From an uncultured Verrucomicrobiota bacterium (GTDB lineage: Bacteria > Verrucomicrobiota > Verrucomicrobiia > Limisphaerales > UBA9464): 64,000 nucleotides of DNA. How positions within the stretch are numbered: position 1 is the first letter of the stretch; each line of letters begins with the position of its first letter. The stretch is from assembly GCA_903939515.1 (NCBI GenBank), contig CAJAHH010000123.1, positions 29,106 to 93,105 on the forward strand, written 5' to 3'. A program made the position numbers and the translations under genes. This document shows, one piece after another, positions 30,091-40,053 of the stretch. Below the pieces are notes generated by a model. The model ran no database searches and was not told the DNA's origin. It was given only the letters and a program-made list of their open reading frames with translations.

Positions 30091-30342
30091 GGTCCGGGAA
30101 CGATTTCCGAATTGGGCCGGTGGAAACTTCCCGGCAATTTTGGAACGCACACGGTCAAGATTGTTCAGGAGAACAACACCAACCTGCCGGGCGCGACGGG
30201 CTCGGTGAATCCGACCGGTGCCAGCCACGGCACGTTGGTGTATTCCGCGTTGCCAGCACCGGTCACTCTGGAGACCAACAAGGCCTACTATCTGGTCAGT
30301 TCGGAAACCGCTGGTGGCGACCGGTGGCATGGCTGCACCTAG
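30091..30342 (+). pseudogene. C-terminal gene fragment (beta-rich domain), paralog of the 26315-26488 remnant
   Basis: GTISELGRWKLPGNFGTHTVKIVQENNTNLPGATGSVNPTGASHGTLVYSALPAPVTLETNKAYYLVSSETAGGDRW, stop at 30342. The upstream in-frame sequence is not protein-like. ATG 30064 would give only 92 aa. Confidence 0.35.
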
Positions 30343-30458
30343 ACCGTTACGGCCAGCGGCGGCCTGGGCGTGATATCGACTGCGTAGATCGGTTCAGGCG
30401 GCCCGCGCAAACCGCTAGGGGGGAGGCCGTTTCAGCTACTGCTCGCCGCATTACGGCC

Positions 30459-31328
30459 TCAATTCAATCGCTGGGTGGTCTTGCTCCAGAGCCACTCGAC
30501 GTCGCGGTTGTTGGCCTGGTTCGGGGGGCTGAAGCCGGTGCGTTTGACGGGTTGAACCGTCCGCTTGTCGAGCCAGCGCTTGATTTCGGAGTGGCCGTCG
30601 GCGAAAGCGAAACCGCAGGCTCCGTTGTGGTAGCTGGCCGGCAGGTCAGGCATGACCGCCTGCGCGAGATTCGGGGCTGGCTTCATGTCGGTGCAGAAGA
30701 ACCCGTCGTTGATGCTGTCGGGATGCTCATCAACAAAGACCCAGGTGTCGGAGGGCTGCACGAAGTCGGAGTCCTTCAGGAACATGCGCCAGGGAGGGCT
30801 GTTGCCGAACCACGTGGGTTGTCCGTCGTGCATGCCGACCCACGAGTTGATCGAGTTGCTGCGGAGGCGGGGTTTGCCGTTGGCACCCAGCGTCAAGAAG
30901 GTGTCGGCGGGGCACTTGTAAATTTTCTGGGTGCCGCCCGTGTAGCGCCAGATCGAGCCCTTGGCCAAGGTGTTGGTGACGTCCCAGTTGTCGCGGTTGG
31001 CGGTGTTCCAATCGAGATTGCCGTAGGCCCAGGAGTTGAAGTTGGGGTTGCTCGAGTAGGCCGGCGGGATCTTCCCGTTTTGGTCATCCACGTAGAGCTT
31101 CCACGACATCATTAACTGCTTGGTGTTGTTGAGGCACAGGATGCCGTTGCCCTTGGCTTTGGCCTTGGCCAGCGCCGGCAGAAGCATGCCCGCCAAGATG
31201 GCGATGATGGCGATGACCACCAGTAGTTCGATGAGCGTGAAGCCATCCTGAGCGCGTCGCTGCGGCTGTGGTGCGGAGAGAGAGAGGCGGATGGGAACCT
31301 CGGACGAGGGCTGGGCTTTCGGTGTCAT
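30459..31328 (-). CDS. Prepilin-type N-terminal cleavage/methylation domain protein with H-X9-DG motif
   Basis: [29 protein letters not shown], and a C-terminal HNGACGFAFADGHSEIKRW (H, 9 residues, DG). Confidence 0.85.
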   Translation of the reverse strand: MTPKAQPSSEVPIRLSLSAPQPQRRAQDGFTLIELLVVIAIIAILAGMLLPALAKAKAKGNGILCLNNTKQLMMSWKLYVDDQNGKIPPAYSSNPNFNSWAYGNLDWNTANRDNWDVTNTLAKGSIWRYTGGTQKIYKCPADTFLTLGANGKPRLRSNSINSWVGMHDGQPTWFGNSPPWRMFLKDSDFVQPSDTWVFVDEHPDSINDGFFCTDMKPAPNLAQAVMPDLPASYHNGACGFAFADGHSEIKRWLDKRTVQPVKRTGFSPPNQANNRDVEWLWSKTTQRLN

Positions 31329-31558
31329 GGCGTCTGATCTCCGATCAAAATCCCGAAAGCAGCTGTCGGGGGATAACGAGAACTACCCGGGATTGATCCT
31401 GAAAATGGCGACGAGTTCTTGGTTTGGTCAAGGCCTTTTCATCGCACCGTCTGAGTGCTTTTGTCCTCGGATTGGAGGCCTGCTCTACCGCAGAAGCAAA
31501 TGATTGGGGTGGGGGATTGGTTTGGACAGGAGTAACTCAGGATCGGAGGCTGGTTCTC

Positions 31559-33049
31559 ATGCCCCCGAAACATGTTCCGCAAGCCCTCGTTCATCGAGCG
31601 TTCCTGGAGGCTCCCTCTCAGGCTTTCGTGACAGTATTGGTGACGGCCTTGGCTGGAGGAATGGGTTGGGGAATCCGCGGGCAGTATGGCCATGAGACCG
31701 GGGCGATGATGGCCGGTCTGCTGGTCGCGCTGGTTCTCGCATTGCGTTTGGCACCTCACCTGCCGCCGTTGGCATCCGCACGGGCAGTGGCTCTGGCGAC
31801 CGTGGCCATGGGTTTCGGCGGAACAGAGACCTACGGCCAGACCATCGGGCTGACTCAAGACGCTCCTCTGATCGGCAACGCGGCGGCGCTTGGCTGGGGT
31901 ATGTTGGGACTGGCCATCAAAGGGGGAATCTGGATCGGGTTCTTCGGATTATTTTTGGGAATGGGTCTGGGCGGAATCCGATATCGGGTTCGGGAGATGC
32001 TGTTTTTGCTGCTGGCCCTCATTGCCGTTCAGCGGGTTGGAGTGGGGTGGATCAATGAGCCCTTTGATCCAGCCCATCGGATCCTACCGCGAATCTATTT
32101 CTCCGATGACTGGCGGTGGGAGCCGGATTCGGTTCTCAAACCGCGTCGTGAGGTTTGGGGAGGTCTGCTCCTAGCCCTTGCAGTCGCCGGGGCCTGGTGC
32201 GGTGTGTGCCGGCGGGATGTTCTGGCCGTGCGCATGATGCTTTGGGGGTTCTTCGGCGGGGCCCTGGGTTTTCCTCTGGGACAATCGTTGCAGGCGGCGC
32301 ACGCGTGGCATCCGGAGGGGTTTCAGGGCGGCCACTGGACTCGGTTGGCGCCCCACATGAACTGGTGGAATTGGATGGAGACTACCTTTGGTTGCACCAT
32401 GGCCGCGGTTGTTGCCGTGGGCTTGAATCGGAACCGCAAGCTCATCGCCCACACCGTCGATCCAGAGAAGGGGTGGACACTGCCGGTTGAATTCGCGGTT
32501 TTGACCCTCCATCTGGGACTCCTCGTGGCTTCGGAGTGGGGACCATTTCCACGCATCCAGGCGATTTACGATCCCGGTTTGCACCTGGGCCTGATTCCTC
32601 TGATGGCCGTGGTCGTGGGGCGTCGGTGGCCGGCGTGGCTCATCACCGTGGTGACCGTGGTGCCGATCGCGGGGAAGACTTTTTTAATCCGGGGCATCGA
32701 GAACCCCGTGGCGATCGGATGGGCGGGTACCGTCGGGACTCTCTGGATCTTGGGTGTCCTGTTGCTGGGATTGCCATTGGTTTGGGCGAGTCTCTCCGCG
32801 GCTTGGTGGATCGCAGATCAGGATCGGGAACCGGACAGTGGCCGGTCGCTGCGTCGAACCTTGCTCGGCTCGGCTTGGGTCTACTTCGCCTTGAACTTCG
32901 TTTTTTTTGACTTTCCATGGCCGTGGCAACCTTGGACGGCAAGAACTCCCAACGCGCTCTTCTTTATGCTGGCCTTGTTCGCGCTTACAGCAGTGGCGCT
33001 CGCCAGTCCCCCGGCGCGACCCGGGAGGCTTCGGGTGTCTTCTCAGTAA
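31559..33049 (+). CDS. Hypothetical polytopic membrane protein (10 or more predicted helices)
   Basis: Gly/Trp-rich hydrophobic repeats: [20 protein letters not shown] and [12 protein letters not shown]. Start uncertain (track 31424; ATG 31559 preferred). The 3' end overlaps the convergent pilin-like gene by 7 nt. Confidence 0.6.
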   Translation: MPPKHVPQALVHRAFLEAPSQAFVTVLVTALAGGMGWGIRGQYGHETGAMMAGLLVALVLALRLAPHLPPLASARAVALATVAMGFGGTETYGQTIGLTQDAPLIGNAAALGWGMLGLAIKGGIWIGFFGLFLGMGLGGIRYRVREMLFLLLALIAVQRVGVGWINEPFDPAHRILPRIYFSDDWRWEPDSVLKPRREVWGGLLLALAVAGAWCGVCRRDVLAVRMMLWGFFGGALGFPLGQSLQAAHAWHPEGFQGGHWTRLAPHMNWWNWMETTFGCTMAAVVAVGLNRNRKLIAHTVDPEKGWTLPVEFAVLTLHLGLLVASEWGPFPRIQAIYDPGLHLGLIPLMAVVVGRRWPAWLITVVTVVPIAGKTFLIRGIENPVAIGWAGTVGTLWILGVLLLGLPLVWASLSAAWWIADQDREPDSGRSLRRTLLGSAWVYFALNFVFFDFPWPWQPWTARTPNALFFMLALFALTAVALASPPARPGRLRVSSQ

Positions 33050-33879
33050 AAACTCGTCCAGTTGCCGTAGTGTCGCCAGACGATGGCGCTGGCTCGGGCG
33101 AGGTCGGCGTGACCGTCGGCAAAGGCGCGGCTAATGGAGGCGGCCCGGCCGCCCTGGATTTGGAAACCGGAGTCGGCCTTCATCGTCGGATGCCCGCCCC
33201 AAGCCTTTTGAAGATTGGTCTCGAAGCCGTCTTTGTAGAGCGTGTCGGTGATGATGGGGCTGGTGGATGCGCCGGCGTCTTCCAGTCGCGTGGGCCATCC
33301 TTCGACCATCGAATTGGTGTTCACCCGCGTGGTGGAGGGCATGACTTTGTACCCCGGTTGTCCGGAACGAGGCACCCACCAACTGTGCTGCATGATGGCG
33401 AAGCCAAAGGTCCAGCGCTGGTTGTAGTAATATTTCAGATCGTCGTTGCTCGCGAGGGTTCGCTTGCGTTGCTGCTGGAGCCACTGTTGCGCCTCGGTTA
33501 ATTCGGCGGTTCGGACCGGGCAGAAGAACATTGGCACGGTGAGTCCGTATTTTTGGACTGCCGGGATCATCGCATCAGCCACGTCCCAAGGGTTGTTGCC
33601 AACGTCGCCCAGCATGGGCAATCGACCGCGGGCGTCATCCGAGGCGTACAGGTTGGAGGCGATGGCCCATTGCCGGAAATGCGACAGGCAATTGATCTCC
33701 TTGGCCTTGAGTTTTGCTTTGGCGAGTGCCGGCAAGAGCATGCCCGCCAAGATGGCGATGATGGCGATGACCACCAGCAGTTCGATCAGGGTGAAGGCGG
33801 AACGGGACGAGGCGAGGGAACACGGAAAGACCTGATCACGATGCGAATCTCCTGAGGCTAAAGGGAGACGGGAATTCAT
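33043..33879 (-). CDS. Prepilin-type N-terminal cleavage/methylation domain protein (ADG-motif variant)
   Basis: [29 protein letters not shown] and a C-terminal [13 protein letters not shown]. Confidence 0.85.
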   Translation of the reverse strand: MNSRLPLASGDSHRDQVFPCSLASSRSAFTLIELLVVIAIIAILAGMLLPALAKAKLKAKEINCLSHFRQWAIASNLYASDDARGRLPMLGDVGNNPWDVADAMIPAVQKYGLTVPMFFCPVRTAELTEAQQWLQQQRKRTLASNDDLKYYYNQRWTFGFAIMQHSWWVPRSGQPGYKVMPSTTRVNTNSMVEGWPTRLEDAGASTSPIITDTLYKDGFETNLQKAWGGHPTMKADSGFQIQGGRAASISRAFADGHADLARASAIVWRHYGNWTSFY

Positions 33880-33930
33880 AACCTAATAAAGTAGGGTTCA
33901 GATTGTCGCTGGCCATTCCCAAATTCATTA

Positions 33931-34305
33931 ATGAAGACTGGCCGGGTTGTGAATGGCTGGATGTACGCGCTGAGTCTGATAGGATTTCTAATCCTGCCCC
34001 CGGTTTTGTTGGGGCTCCGCTGGTTTCAGCCTGCCCGCTTTCCGTGGCGCAGGGTGCTCTTGCTGAATACCCTGGTGGGTTGGGCGCTGTTCAATGGTTT
34101 GGTGCACTTTCGGGCGGCGCGGTGGGCTGAATCGTTGCGCGAGAATTCCTCGCCGCCATCCATAGAGTTTGGCCAAGCGTGGATGGATAGGCAGCCCCAG
34201 CGGATGGCCCTCTACCTGGGTTGGGTCAACGCGCTGGCCTGTTCTTGTCCGTGGCTGATGGCCTACGGATCCTGGCAGTTGCACCGAAAGCGTCCGACAG
34301 CCTAA
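33931..34305 (+). CDS. Hypothetical small membrane protein
   Basis: 124 aa with 3-4 hydrophobic segments (WMYALSLIGFLILPPVLLGL, VLLLNTLVGWALFNGLV). No recognisable family. Confidence 0.45.
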   Translation: MKTGRVVNGWMYALSLIGFLILPPVLLGLRWFQPARFPWRRVLLLNTLVGWALFNGLVHFRAARWAESLRENSSPPSIEFGQAWMDRQPQRMALYLGWVNALACSCPWLMAYGSWQLHRKRPTA

Positions 34306-34339
34306 TTCGACCCTGGGCCAAGAACTGCCTCGTTACGGC

Positions 34340-37300
34340 TTAGTCGAGCAGTTCGCGAATCTCGTCCCAGCTGAGGGTTTCGGCGAAGGCCTCTTCACCG
34401 GTGAGTGTGGAGGCGATGATCTCCCGCTTGCGTTGCTGCAGGCTGACAATCTTCTCCTCGACCGTGCCGCGGGTGATGAGCTTGTAGCTGCTCACCACGC
34501 GAGATTGACCGAAGCGATGAGCTCGGTCGGTGGCTTGGTCTTCGACGGCCGGATTCCACCACGGATCGAAGTGCACCACGGTGTCGGCTTGCGTGAGGTT
34601 GAGGCCCACGCCGCCCGCCTTGAGCGAAATAAGGAACACCGGAGGGCCTGACGGTGACTGGAATTTCGCGACTTCGCCGGCGCGGTCTTGGGTCGAACCA
34701 TCCAAGTAGCAGAACTCGACCTCGCGCCGCTTCAGCTCTTCCTTCAGCAAACCGAGCATTCGCGTGAACTGGCTGAACACGAGGAGCCGGTGCCCACCGT
34801 CGAGGCTCTGGTCGAGCAGTTCACCGAAAAGTTGTAGTTTGCCCGAATCGTCGGATGCGGACTCAGTATCGGGGGCCGCATTGTTGTCCTTGTCGGCATC
34901 CAAAAGTCGAAGGTCGCAGCAAATCTGCCGCAGGCGCAGCAGCGCCGTGAGGATCACCATCCGGCTCTTAGCCAGTCCGTTGGCCTCGACGGCCGTGTCG
35001 ACCTGCTTGCGGGTCGCGGCCAAGACCTGCGCATACACCTTGGACTGGGCCGGTGTGAGATCGCAGTAGGAGACGTGCTCAAGCTTGGCGGGCAGTTCTT
35101 GTAGCACGTCTTTTTTGAGGCGGCGCAGCAGGAACGGCCGGATGCGCTTGCCGAGTCGGGCTATCGCGCCCTTGTCCCGCTCCTTGGAGATGGGGATTTC
35201 GTAACGGTCTTGGAAATCATCGGAGCTGCCCAGGTAGCCGGGCATGAGGAAGTCGAAGAGGCTCCAGAGATCGAGGACTGAGTTCTCCAGCGGGGTGCCC
35301 GTCAGCACCAGTCGGTGGTCCGCCGGGATGGCCTTCACGGCCTTGGCGTTTTGCGTACTGCGGTTCTTGATGTGTTGCGCTTCGTCGAGCACCGCCGTGT
35401 CGAAGGCGTGATCCCGGTGTTGCTCGATATCGCGCCGAAGCAGCGCGTAGCTGGTGATGACCAAATCGTGAGTGGGGATTTGCGCAAAGAGCTTGTGGCG
35501 TTGTGGCCCGGACAGCACGAGCACCCGGAGCTTGGGAGCAAAGCGCGCGGCCTCAGCGGCCCAGTTGGTGACCAGCGAGGTGGGGCAGACAATCAGGGTG
35601 GGGCGAAGGGGTTGGGCGCCCGCCGCTGCATTGAGTGAGGCGCAATGGGCCAAGACTTGAATGGTTTTACCCAGACCCATTTCGTCGGCCAGAATGCCCC
35701 CGAAGCCGTGGTCGCGCAGGAACCGTAGCCAGGCGACGCCCTGTTTTTGGTACGGGCGCAAGACCGACTCCAGCGCACCCAGCGGTGGGCACTGTTGCAT
35801 CGCCATTCCGGTTTGCTGGGCGACGCGTTCTCGCCAAGCCGCGGGTGCTTGGACCGCGTGACCTTGTTCTCGCAGTGAGGCGTCCAGAAATCCTGCCTGC
35901 GCCGTCCCCATTCGGTACCGTCCGTCTCGTTGGTCGGGCGAACAATCGAGCAGCACCTCTTGCAATTCCTCCACCGCACCGGTGTCGATGAGGATGGTTT
36001 TTCCGGAGCGGGATTTGCCCTGCCCCCCGCCGAGCACCAATCGTTGAATGTCGGCGGCGCTGAAACGCTCGCCGTCTTCGGCCACGTAAGAGACTTCAAG
36101 GTCGAACCAGCGTTCTCCCGCGGGCGTGATTTGAAACCGGGGCTCCACGCGCACCAAGTTCTTGCGGGTACTCGTCTCGAGGCGCTCCTCCAGCGACACC
36201 TCCCACTCGCGTTCCAACCTTGGATGAAGGCGCGAGAAGTAGGTCAGCACGCGTTCTTGTCCGTTGAGCTGCCAGCGGCCCTGCGAATCGGGGCCCGAGA
36301 ATCCGGCCTGCCGCAGGCGCATGAAGGCCGTGTGTTCGGCGGACAAGTCCCGGGCCGTGTAGCGTCGCGCGTTGGCGGGGTCAGGCATCCAGGCGGCCTC
36401 CTCGCGCGCGGTGACGCCGACGGTCATGATGCGCGCGCCGTAGCGGCATTGCAGCAGGGCCGTCAGCATGGCCAGTCCACCGGTCAACTGGAGCAGGAAC
36501 TTCGGAGGGGCTGGTTCGAGCACGAAGTCTTCGGGGCTGAAATCGGCCTCAAGGCCCGGCGTTCCGGAAAGCTTGGGCCAGTCTTGGGAGAGAAAGCGGG
36601 GAACGTCCGATCGAGGTACCCGTTGGGGCGACTGCAGCACGCCTCGCAGGGCTGGAGACAAGCCCAGGGGCTGGAGCGTATTGGCGGTTAGTAGCCAGGT
36701 TTCATCGGGGCTGCTCACCAGTGCCGCTCCTTTGACTGGAGTCTTTAGGCTCAGGCTAATCTCGCCGGACACTTCGAGGTGTGCACTCAGGGGCAAGGGC
36801 GCAGGCACCCGTGAGACCGTCAACTCGGTCTTGCGTCCGAGGGTGAGTTGGGCGTGACCGGACAAAGAATGCAGCAGCGGCACGAGGGCAGATCCGCTGA
36901 GCTGGATCATGCCCGGAGTATCCCCGCCGGCAGCCAATTCGGCCGCGTCGAGCAGGCGCGTGTCGGCCTCCGACAATCGGAAGGGCCCGGACTGGATGAG
37001 CGCATTGAGCGGGGCGCGGCTGTTGGCGGTGACTCCCTCAAACATCACCATCACGCGATCCCGGATCATCGCTTCGGCCAGGTTGGGCGGGAAGACGACC
37101 TGGATTTCCAGCGGTTTGCCGGTCTCGGATCGACGCAGGCGGACGGGGTCTTTGTTGGAAAGCGGGGTCTTGGATCCGGGTCCGGAGGATCGACCGGCGT
37201 TGGACGGACTTCCTGAAGCGGTCCCGGAGGACGAGCCGGAACCGCTAGCAGCCGCGGCTGGCACGGCTCCAGCCGGCTTCAAGTGGTGCAGGCCGACGGC

Positions 37301-37555
37301 GATCGAATGGGCGCACAACGTTCCCCATTCCCGCGATTGCCGGCACGAGCAGATGTTCTCGATGTCCAGCTCGTGCCGGATGACTAGCCCAGCCCGCAGC
37401 GAGTTGGCATCAGACATGACCACCCCTTTCAGCAGGGGCGGTGTCCAATTCGAGGACAGCACCTTGCCCGTGGCGAGCAAAGCCCGGGCGTGTTTCATCA
37501 CTTCCCAGCCCGCGGCCTTGGCGAAGAATGCTTCGGTCAGTTGCAAGGTGGACAC
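34340..37555 (-). CDS. SWIM zinc-finger / SNF2-family helicase
   Basis: SWIM CSCRQSREWGTLCAHSIAV. Helicase motifs ILADEMGLGKT, DEAQHIKN, LVFSQF, SLKAGGVGLNLTQADTVVHFDPWWNP and QATDRAHRFGQ. Confidence 0.9.
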   Translation of the reverse strand: MSTLQLTEAFFAKAAGWEVMKHARALLATGKVLSSNWTPPLLKGVVMSDANSLRAGLVIRHELDIENICSCRQSREWGTLCAHSIAVGLHHLKPAGAVPAAAASGSGSSSGTASGSPSNAGRSSGPGSKTPLSNKDPVRLRRSETGKPLEIQVVFPPNLAEAMIRDRVMVMFEGVTANSRAPLNALIQSGPFRLSEADTRLLDAAELAAGGDTPGMIQLSGSALVPLLHSLSGHAQLTLGRKTELTVSRVPAPLPLSAHLEVSGEISLSLKTPVKGAALVSSPDETWLLTANTLQPLGLSPALRGVLQSPQRVPRSDVPRFLSQDWPKLSGTPGLEADFSPEDFVLEPAPPKFLLQLTGGLAMLTALLQCRYGARIMTVGVTAREEAAWMPDPANARRYTARDLSAEHTAFMRLRQAGFSGPDSQGRWQLNGQERVLTYFSRLHPRLEREWEVSLEERLETSTRKNLVRVEPRFQITPAGERWFDLEVSYVAEDGERFSAADIQRLVLGGGQGKSRSGKTILIDTGAVEELQEVLLDCSPDQRDGRYRMGTAQAGFLDASLREQGHAVQAPAAWRERVAQQTGMAMQQCPPLGALESVLRPYQKQGVAWLRFLRDHGFGGILADEMGLGKTIQVLAHCASLNAAAGAQPLRPTLIVCPTSLVTNWAAEAARFAPKLRVLVLSGPQRHKLFAQIPTHDLVITSYALLRRDIEQHRDHAFDTAVLDEAQHIKNRSTQNAKAVKAIPADHRLVLTGTPLENSVLDLWSLFDFLMPGYLGSSDDFQDRYEIPISKERDKGAIARLGKRIRPFLLRRLKKDVLQELPAKLEHVSYCDLTPAQSKVYAQVLAATRKQVDTAVEANGLAKSRMVILTALLRLRQICCDLRLLDADKDNNAAPDTESASDDSGKLQLFGELLDQSLDGGHRLLVFSQFTRMLGLLKEELKRREVEFCYLDGSTQDRAGEVAKFQSPSGPPVFLISLKAGGVGLNLTQADTVVHFDPWWNPAVEDQATDRAHRFGQSRVVSSYKLITRGTVEEKIVSLQQRKREIIASTLTGEEAFAETLSWDEIRELLD

Positions 37556-37579
37556 GAGGCTAAGAAAACGGATTCAAGT

Positions 37580-38482
37580 TCAGAACCCGAGACGAATCAG
37601 CCCTTCCAGGGTCCCGTTCCCGGCGGTCGTGCTGGCGATCCAACCGCCTTCCGCCCGGACCTGCAGTTGCACGGCAGCCAGTGCATTGGAGGGCGAAATT
37701 AAATGATGGGCATGTTCGCGGCGCAGCATGGGCAGGTCGTTGAGATGATCGCCGGCAGCCACCCGTGCCTCGGGTCCGATGCCCAGGATGCGGCCCAGTT
37801 CGGACAGGGCGGTGCCCTTGCTGTAGCCCCGGTGGCTCAGGCGTATGTAGATGTCGTTGCGCACGGCGACCAGGTCGGGGTGACCTTCACAGAAGATGTC
37901 CAACTCGGCGTGAATTTCATCCATTTGCTGGTTGGACTGAGCGATGGCGCACAGGGGTGAAAAGGCGTCACTGTAAAAGGTGGCTCCGTGGCGTGCCGAA
38001 AGGGATTGGATTTGCTGTTCCATTTCCGTCGCCACCGACTGGAACAAGCGAGCGTGGTCTTCGGTGCAGCGGCTGTTCCACGGCTCCACCGGCAAGAATC
38101 GGTCGTGCTTGCGCTCAAAAATTTCGCGCTCAACGAGTATCAGGTAATCGGGCTGCACTGAAACCCGGGCTCGGCCCAGGGTTTCCATCAGGCTGGCCAT
38201 GTCGCGCCCCGTGTTGATGACCCAGTGACCGCCGCGGGCTTGGAAAGCGGCGATGCGTTCCTGCAATGCGTGCGGGATTTTTGGATCACCGAAATCGTCG
38301 TGGATGGTGCCGTCGAAGTCGGTCGACAGCATCCGGAGGGAGGCACCAAGGCTCATGCGTGGGTTAAGACTGGAGTTGCCAATGCCATCGGGCAAGGGCT
38401 GGTCCACACAATGGCGGGGAAGGAGGGGACCCAGATCTCGAAGCGCTCGCCTCGGGTTTTGGTCCATCGTCAGGCACTGCAT
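37580..38482 (-). CDS. HAD-superfamily hydrolase (IIB/Cof or sucrose-phosphatase-like)
   Basis: LSTDFDGT (DxDGT), VINTGR and AGDHLNDLPML (GDxxND). The start is probably an internal Met, since the N-terminal ~50 aa are low complexity. Confidence 0.75.
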   Translation of the reverse strand: MQCLTMDQNPRRALRDLGPLLPRHCVDQPLPDGIGNSSLNPRMSLGASLRMLSTDFDGTIHDDFGDPKIPHALQERIAAFQARGGHWVINTGRDMASLMETLGRARVSVQPDYLILVEREIFERKHDRFLPVEPWNSRCTEDHARLFQSVATEMEQQIQSLSARHGATFYSDAFSPLCAIAQSNQQMDEIHAELDIFCEGHPDLVAVRNDIYIRLSHRGYSKGTALSELGRILGIGPEARVAAGDHLNDLPMLRREHAHHLISPSNALAAVQLQVRAEGGWIASTTAGNGTLEGLIRLGF

Positions 38483-38597
38483 CGAAAGGACAACGGGAAG
38501 AGAGTTGCCAGGAAGGAACCAAGCCGGAGGTCGAAGTTTCGGGGTCCGCTGTTGTGATCAACCCTCAGGAAGGTTACCAGTGAGTGCGCTCTAATTT

Positions 38598-39062
38598 ATG
38601 TCCAGCCACCAGGATCAGTTTGACGATGCTATGTTCGACTACTCGACCGGCGAGTACGCGGTCGCCATTTCGAAATTGCAGGCAATCCTTGCAGAGGATC
38701 CCGACCACTTTGATGCGCGCCTGGGTTTGGCCATGAGTCATTACCGCTTGGGCGATTACCCGACGGCCATTGCCGAAGGGCATCGTGCCGAGAAGCTCAA
38801 GCCCAACGAGCAGTTGGTGCATACCAATTTGTCGCTCTTCTACATGAAGTCGGGCGACAAGCAGACGGCCGAGAAGCACGGATTGCAGGCTCGTATTGCA
38901 TCATGGAAAGGCAACATGGCCGCTCCGGGAACTGAACCTGCCCCGGAAGAAGACGCCGACCTCCGCATGGCTCAACCTAAGGCCCAAGCCTTCAAGCTGC
39001 CCGAGAAGTTCCCCGACATGCCCTGGAAGAAAAACACCCGCCCGGGCGGTGACCAGCACTGA
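38598..39062 (+). CDS. Tetratricopeptide repeat protein
   Basis: TPR-like helices: YAVAISKLQAILAEDPDHFDARLGLAMSHYRLGDYPTAIAEGHRAEKLKPN. The C-terminal tail looks disordered. Confidence 0.7.
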   Translation: MSSHQDQFDDAMFDYSTGEYAVAISKLQAILAEDPDHFDARLGLAMSHYRLGDYPTAIAEGHRAEKLKPNEQLVHTNLSLFYMKSGDKQTAEKHGLQARIASWKGNMAAPGTEPAPEEDADLRMAQPKAQAFKLPEKFPDMPWKKNTRPGGDQH

Positions 39063-39144
39063 ACCAGTCCGAGCCGAGGGGGCGGGTTGACAATACCAAG
39101 GGTGAGGTTCTTGCTGAGGTTATTCCCCGAAGCTCAACTATCCC

Positions 39145-39942
39145 ATGCCTGTGATACGTCCAAACCTCCCGTGTCGGAATGCGTTCACGTTGATCGAGTT
39201 ATTGGTCGTGATCGCGATCATCGCTATTTTAGCGGGCATGCTCCTGCCGGCTCTGGCCAAGGCCAAGTATCGGGGCAGCCGGATCGTCTGTGTGAACAAC
39301 ATCCGCAGCCAGTATCTCCCGCAAATCCTCTACGCCGACGACAACCGCGGGAAGTTTCAGCAGCATGACGACGGGAGCCCGGACTACCACCGCACCAGCG
39401 GTCGAAAAGACAGCATCGTCGATTCGTTGAAGGGCAAGTACTTGCAGGAGACCCGAGTCCTGATCTGCCCCGTCACGGCCAAGACCTTTGGCAAGCTGTG
39501 GCTCAACTACGCGAGCATGACCAACTTCGCCGACGCCTCCACCAAGGACTACGGCGGGTGGGATACCTCTGCGTCGATGGTGTATACGCCCTACATGTGG
39601 TTCGCGAACTTCCCGGGTATGAAGTTTCAGTCGATCAGCGGTAGCAAGGATCCCGCGGCGGCCGATATCGAGCCGGCCTGGCCCACGAAGTCTGATGAAT
39701 GTGATTCCTCGAGGGCCTTCATTACCCACCGTGTGAGCGATTCTCCGGGTTCCGTCACCTGGGATGTCGGTCACCTCGGCCGCTTCAACGCCCCCAAGGT
39801 GAGTCGGCTCTTCCTGGAGTTTTCGCTGACCCCGGATCAGCCGGTCGGTCAGGCCGATGGTAGCGTGATCGTTCGACCGAAGACGCAAATCAAGGGCCGT
39901 GCGGTCGGGGGTCCGGGCGGCAATACGGTTTTCTGGTACTAG
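39145..39942 (+). CDS. Prepilin-type N-terminal cleavage/methylation domain protein (ADGSV variant)
   Basis: [30 protein letters not shown] and a C-terminal GQADGSVIV. Confidence 0.8.
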   Translation: MPVIRPNLPCRNAFTLIELLVVIAIIAILAGMLLPALAKAKYRGSRIVCVNNIRSQYLPQILYADDNRGKFQQHDDGSPDYHRTSGRKDSIVDSLKGKYLQETRVLICPVTAKTFGKLWLNYASMTNFADASTKDYGGWDTSASMVYTPYMWFANFPGMKFQSISGSKDPAAADIEPAWPTKSDECDSSRAFITHRVSDSPGSVTWDVGHLGRFNAPKVSRLFLEFSLTPDQPVGQADGSVIVRPKTQIKGRAVGGPGGNTVFWY

Positions 39943-40053
39943 GCCGATGGTTTAGCCTCGCAAAGAAGGGTGACGCATCCATCGGGCGTCCAGAGGGCGT
40001 CCCCGTCTGGGTCCTTGGCGGCGGTCAGGCATCGCGCCATATTCCCGCCTCTC

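Noticed and set aside
30030-31115. 361-aa + strand ORF overlapping the pilin-like gene
   Set aside because: It is antisense to a gene with an unmistakable prepilin N-terminus and H-X9-DG motif. The translation is Gly/Arg/Val-rich with no motifs.
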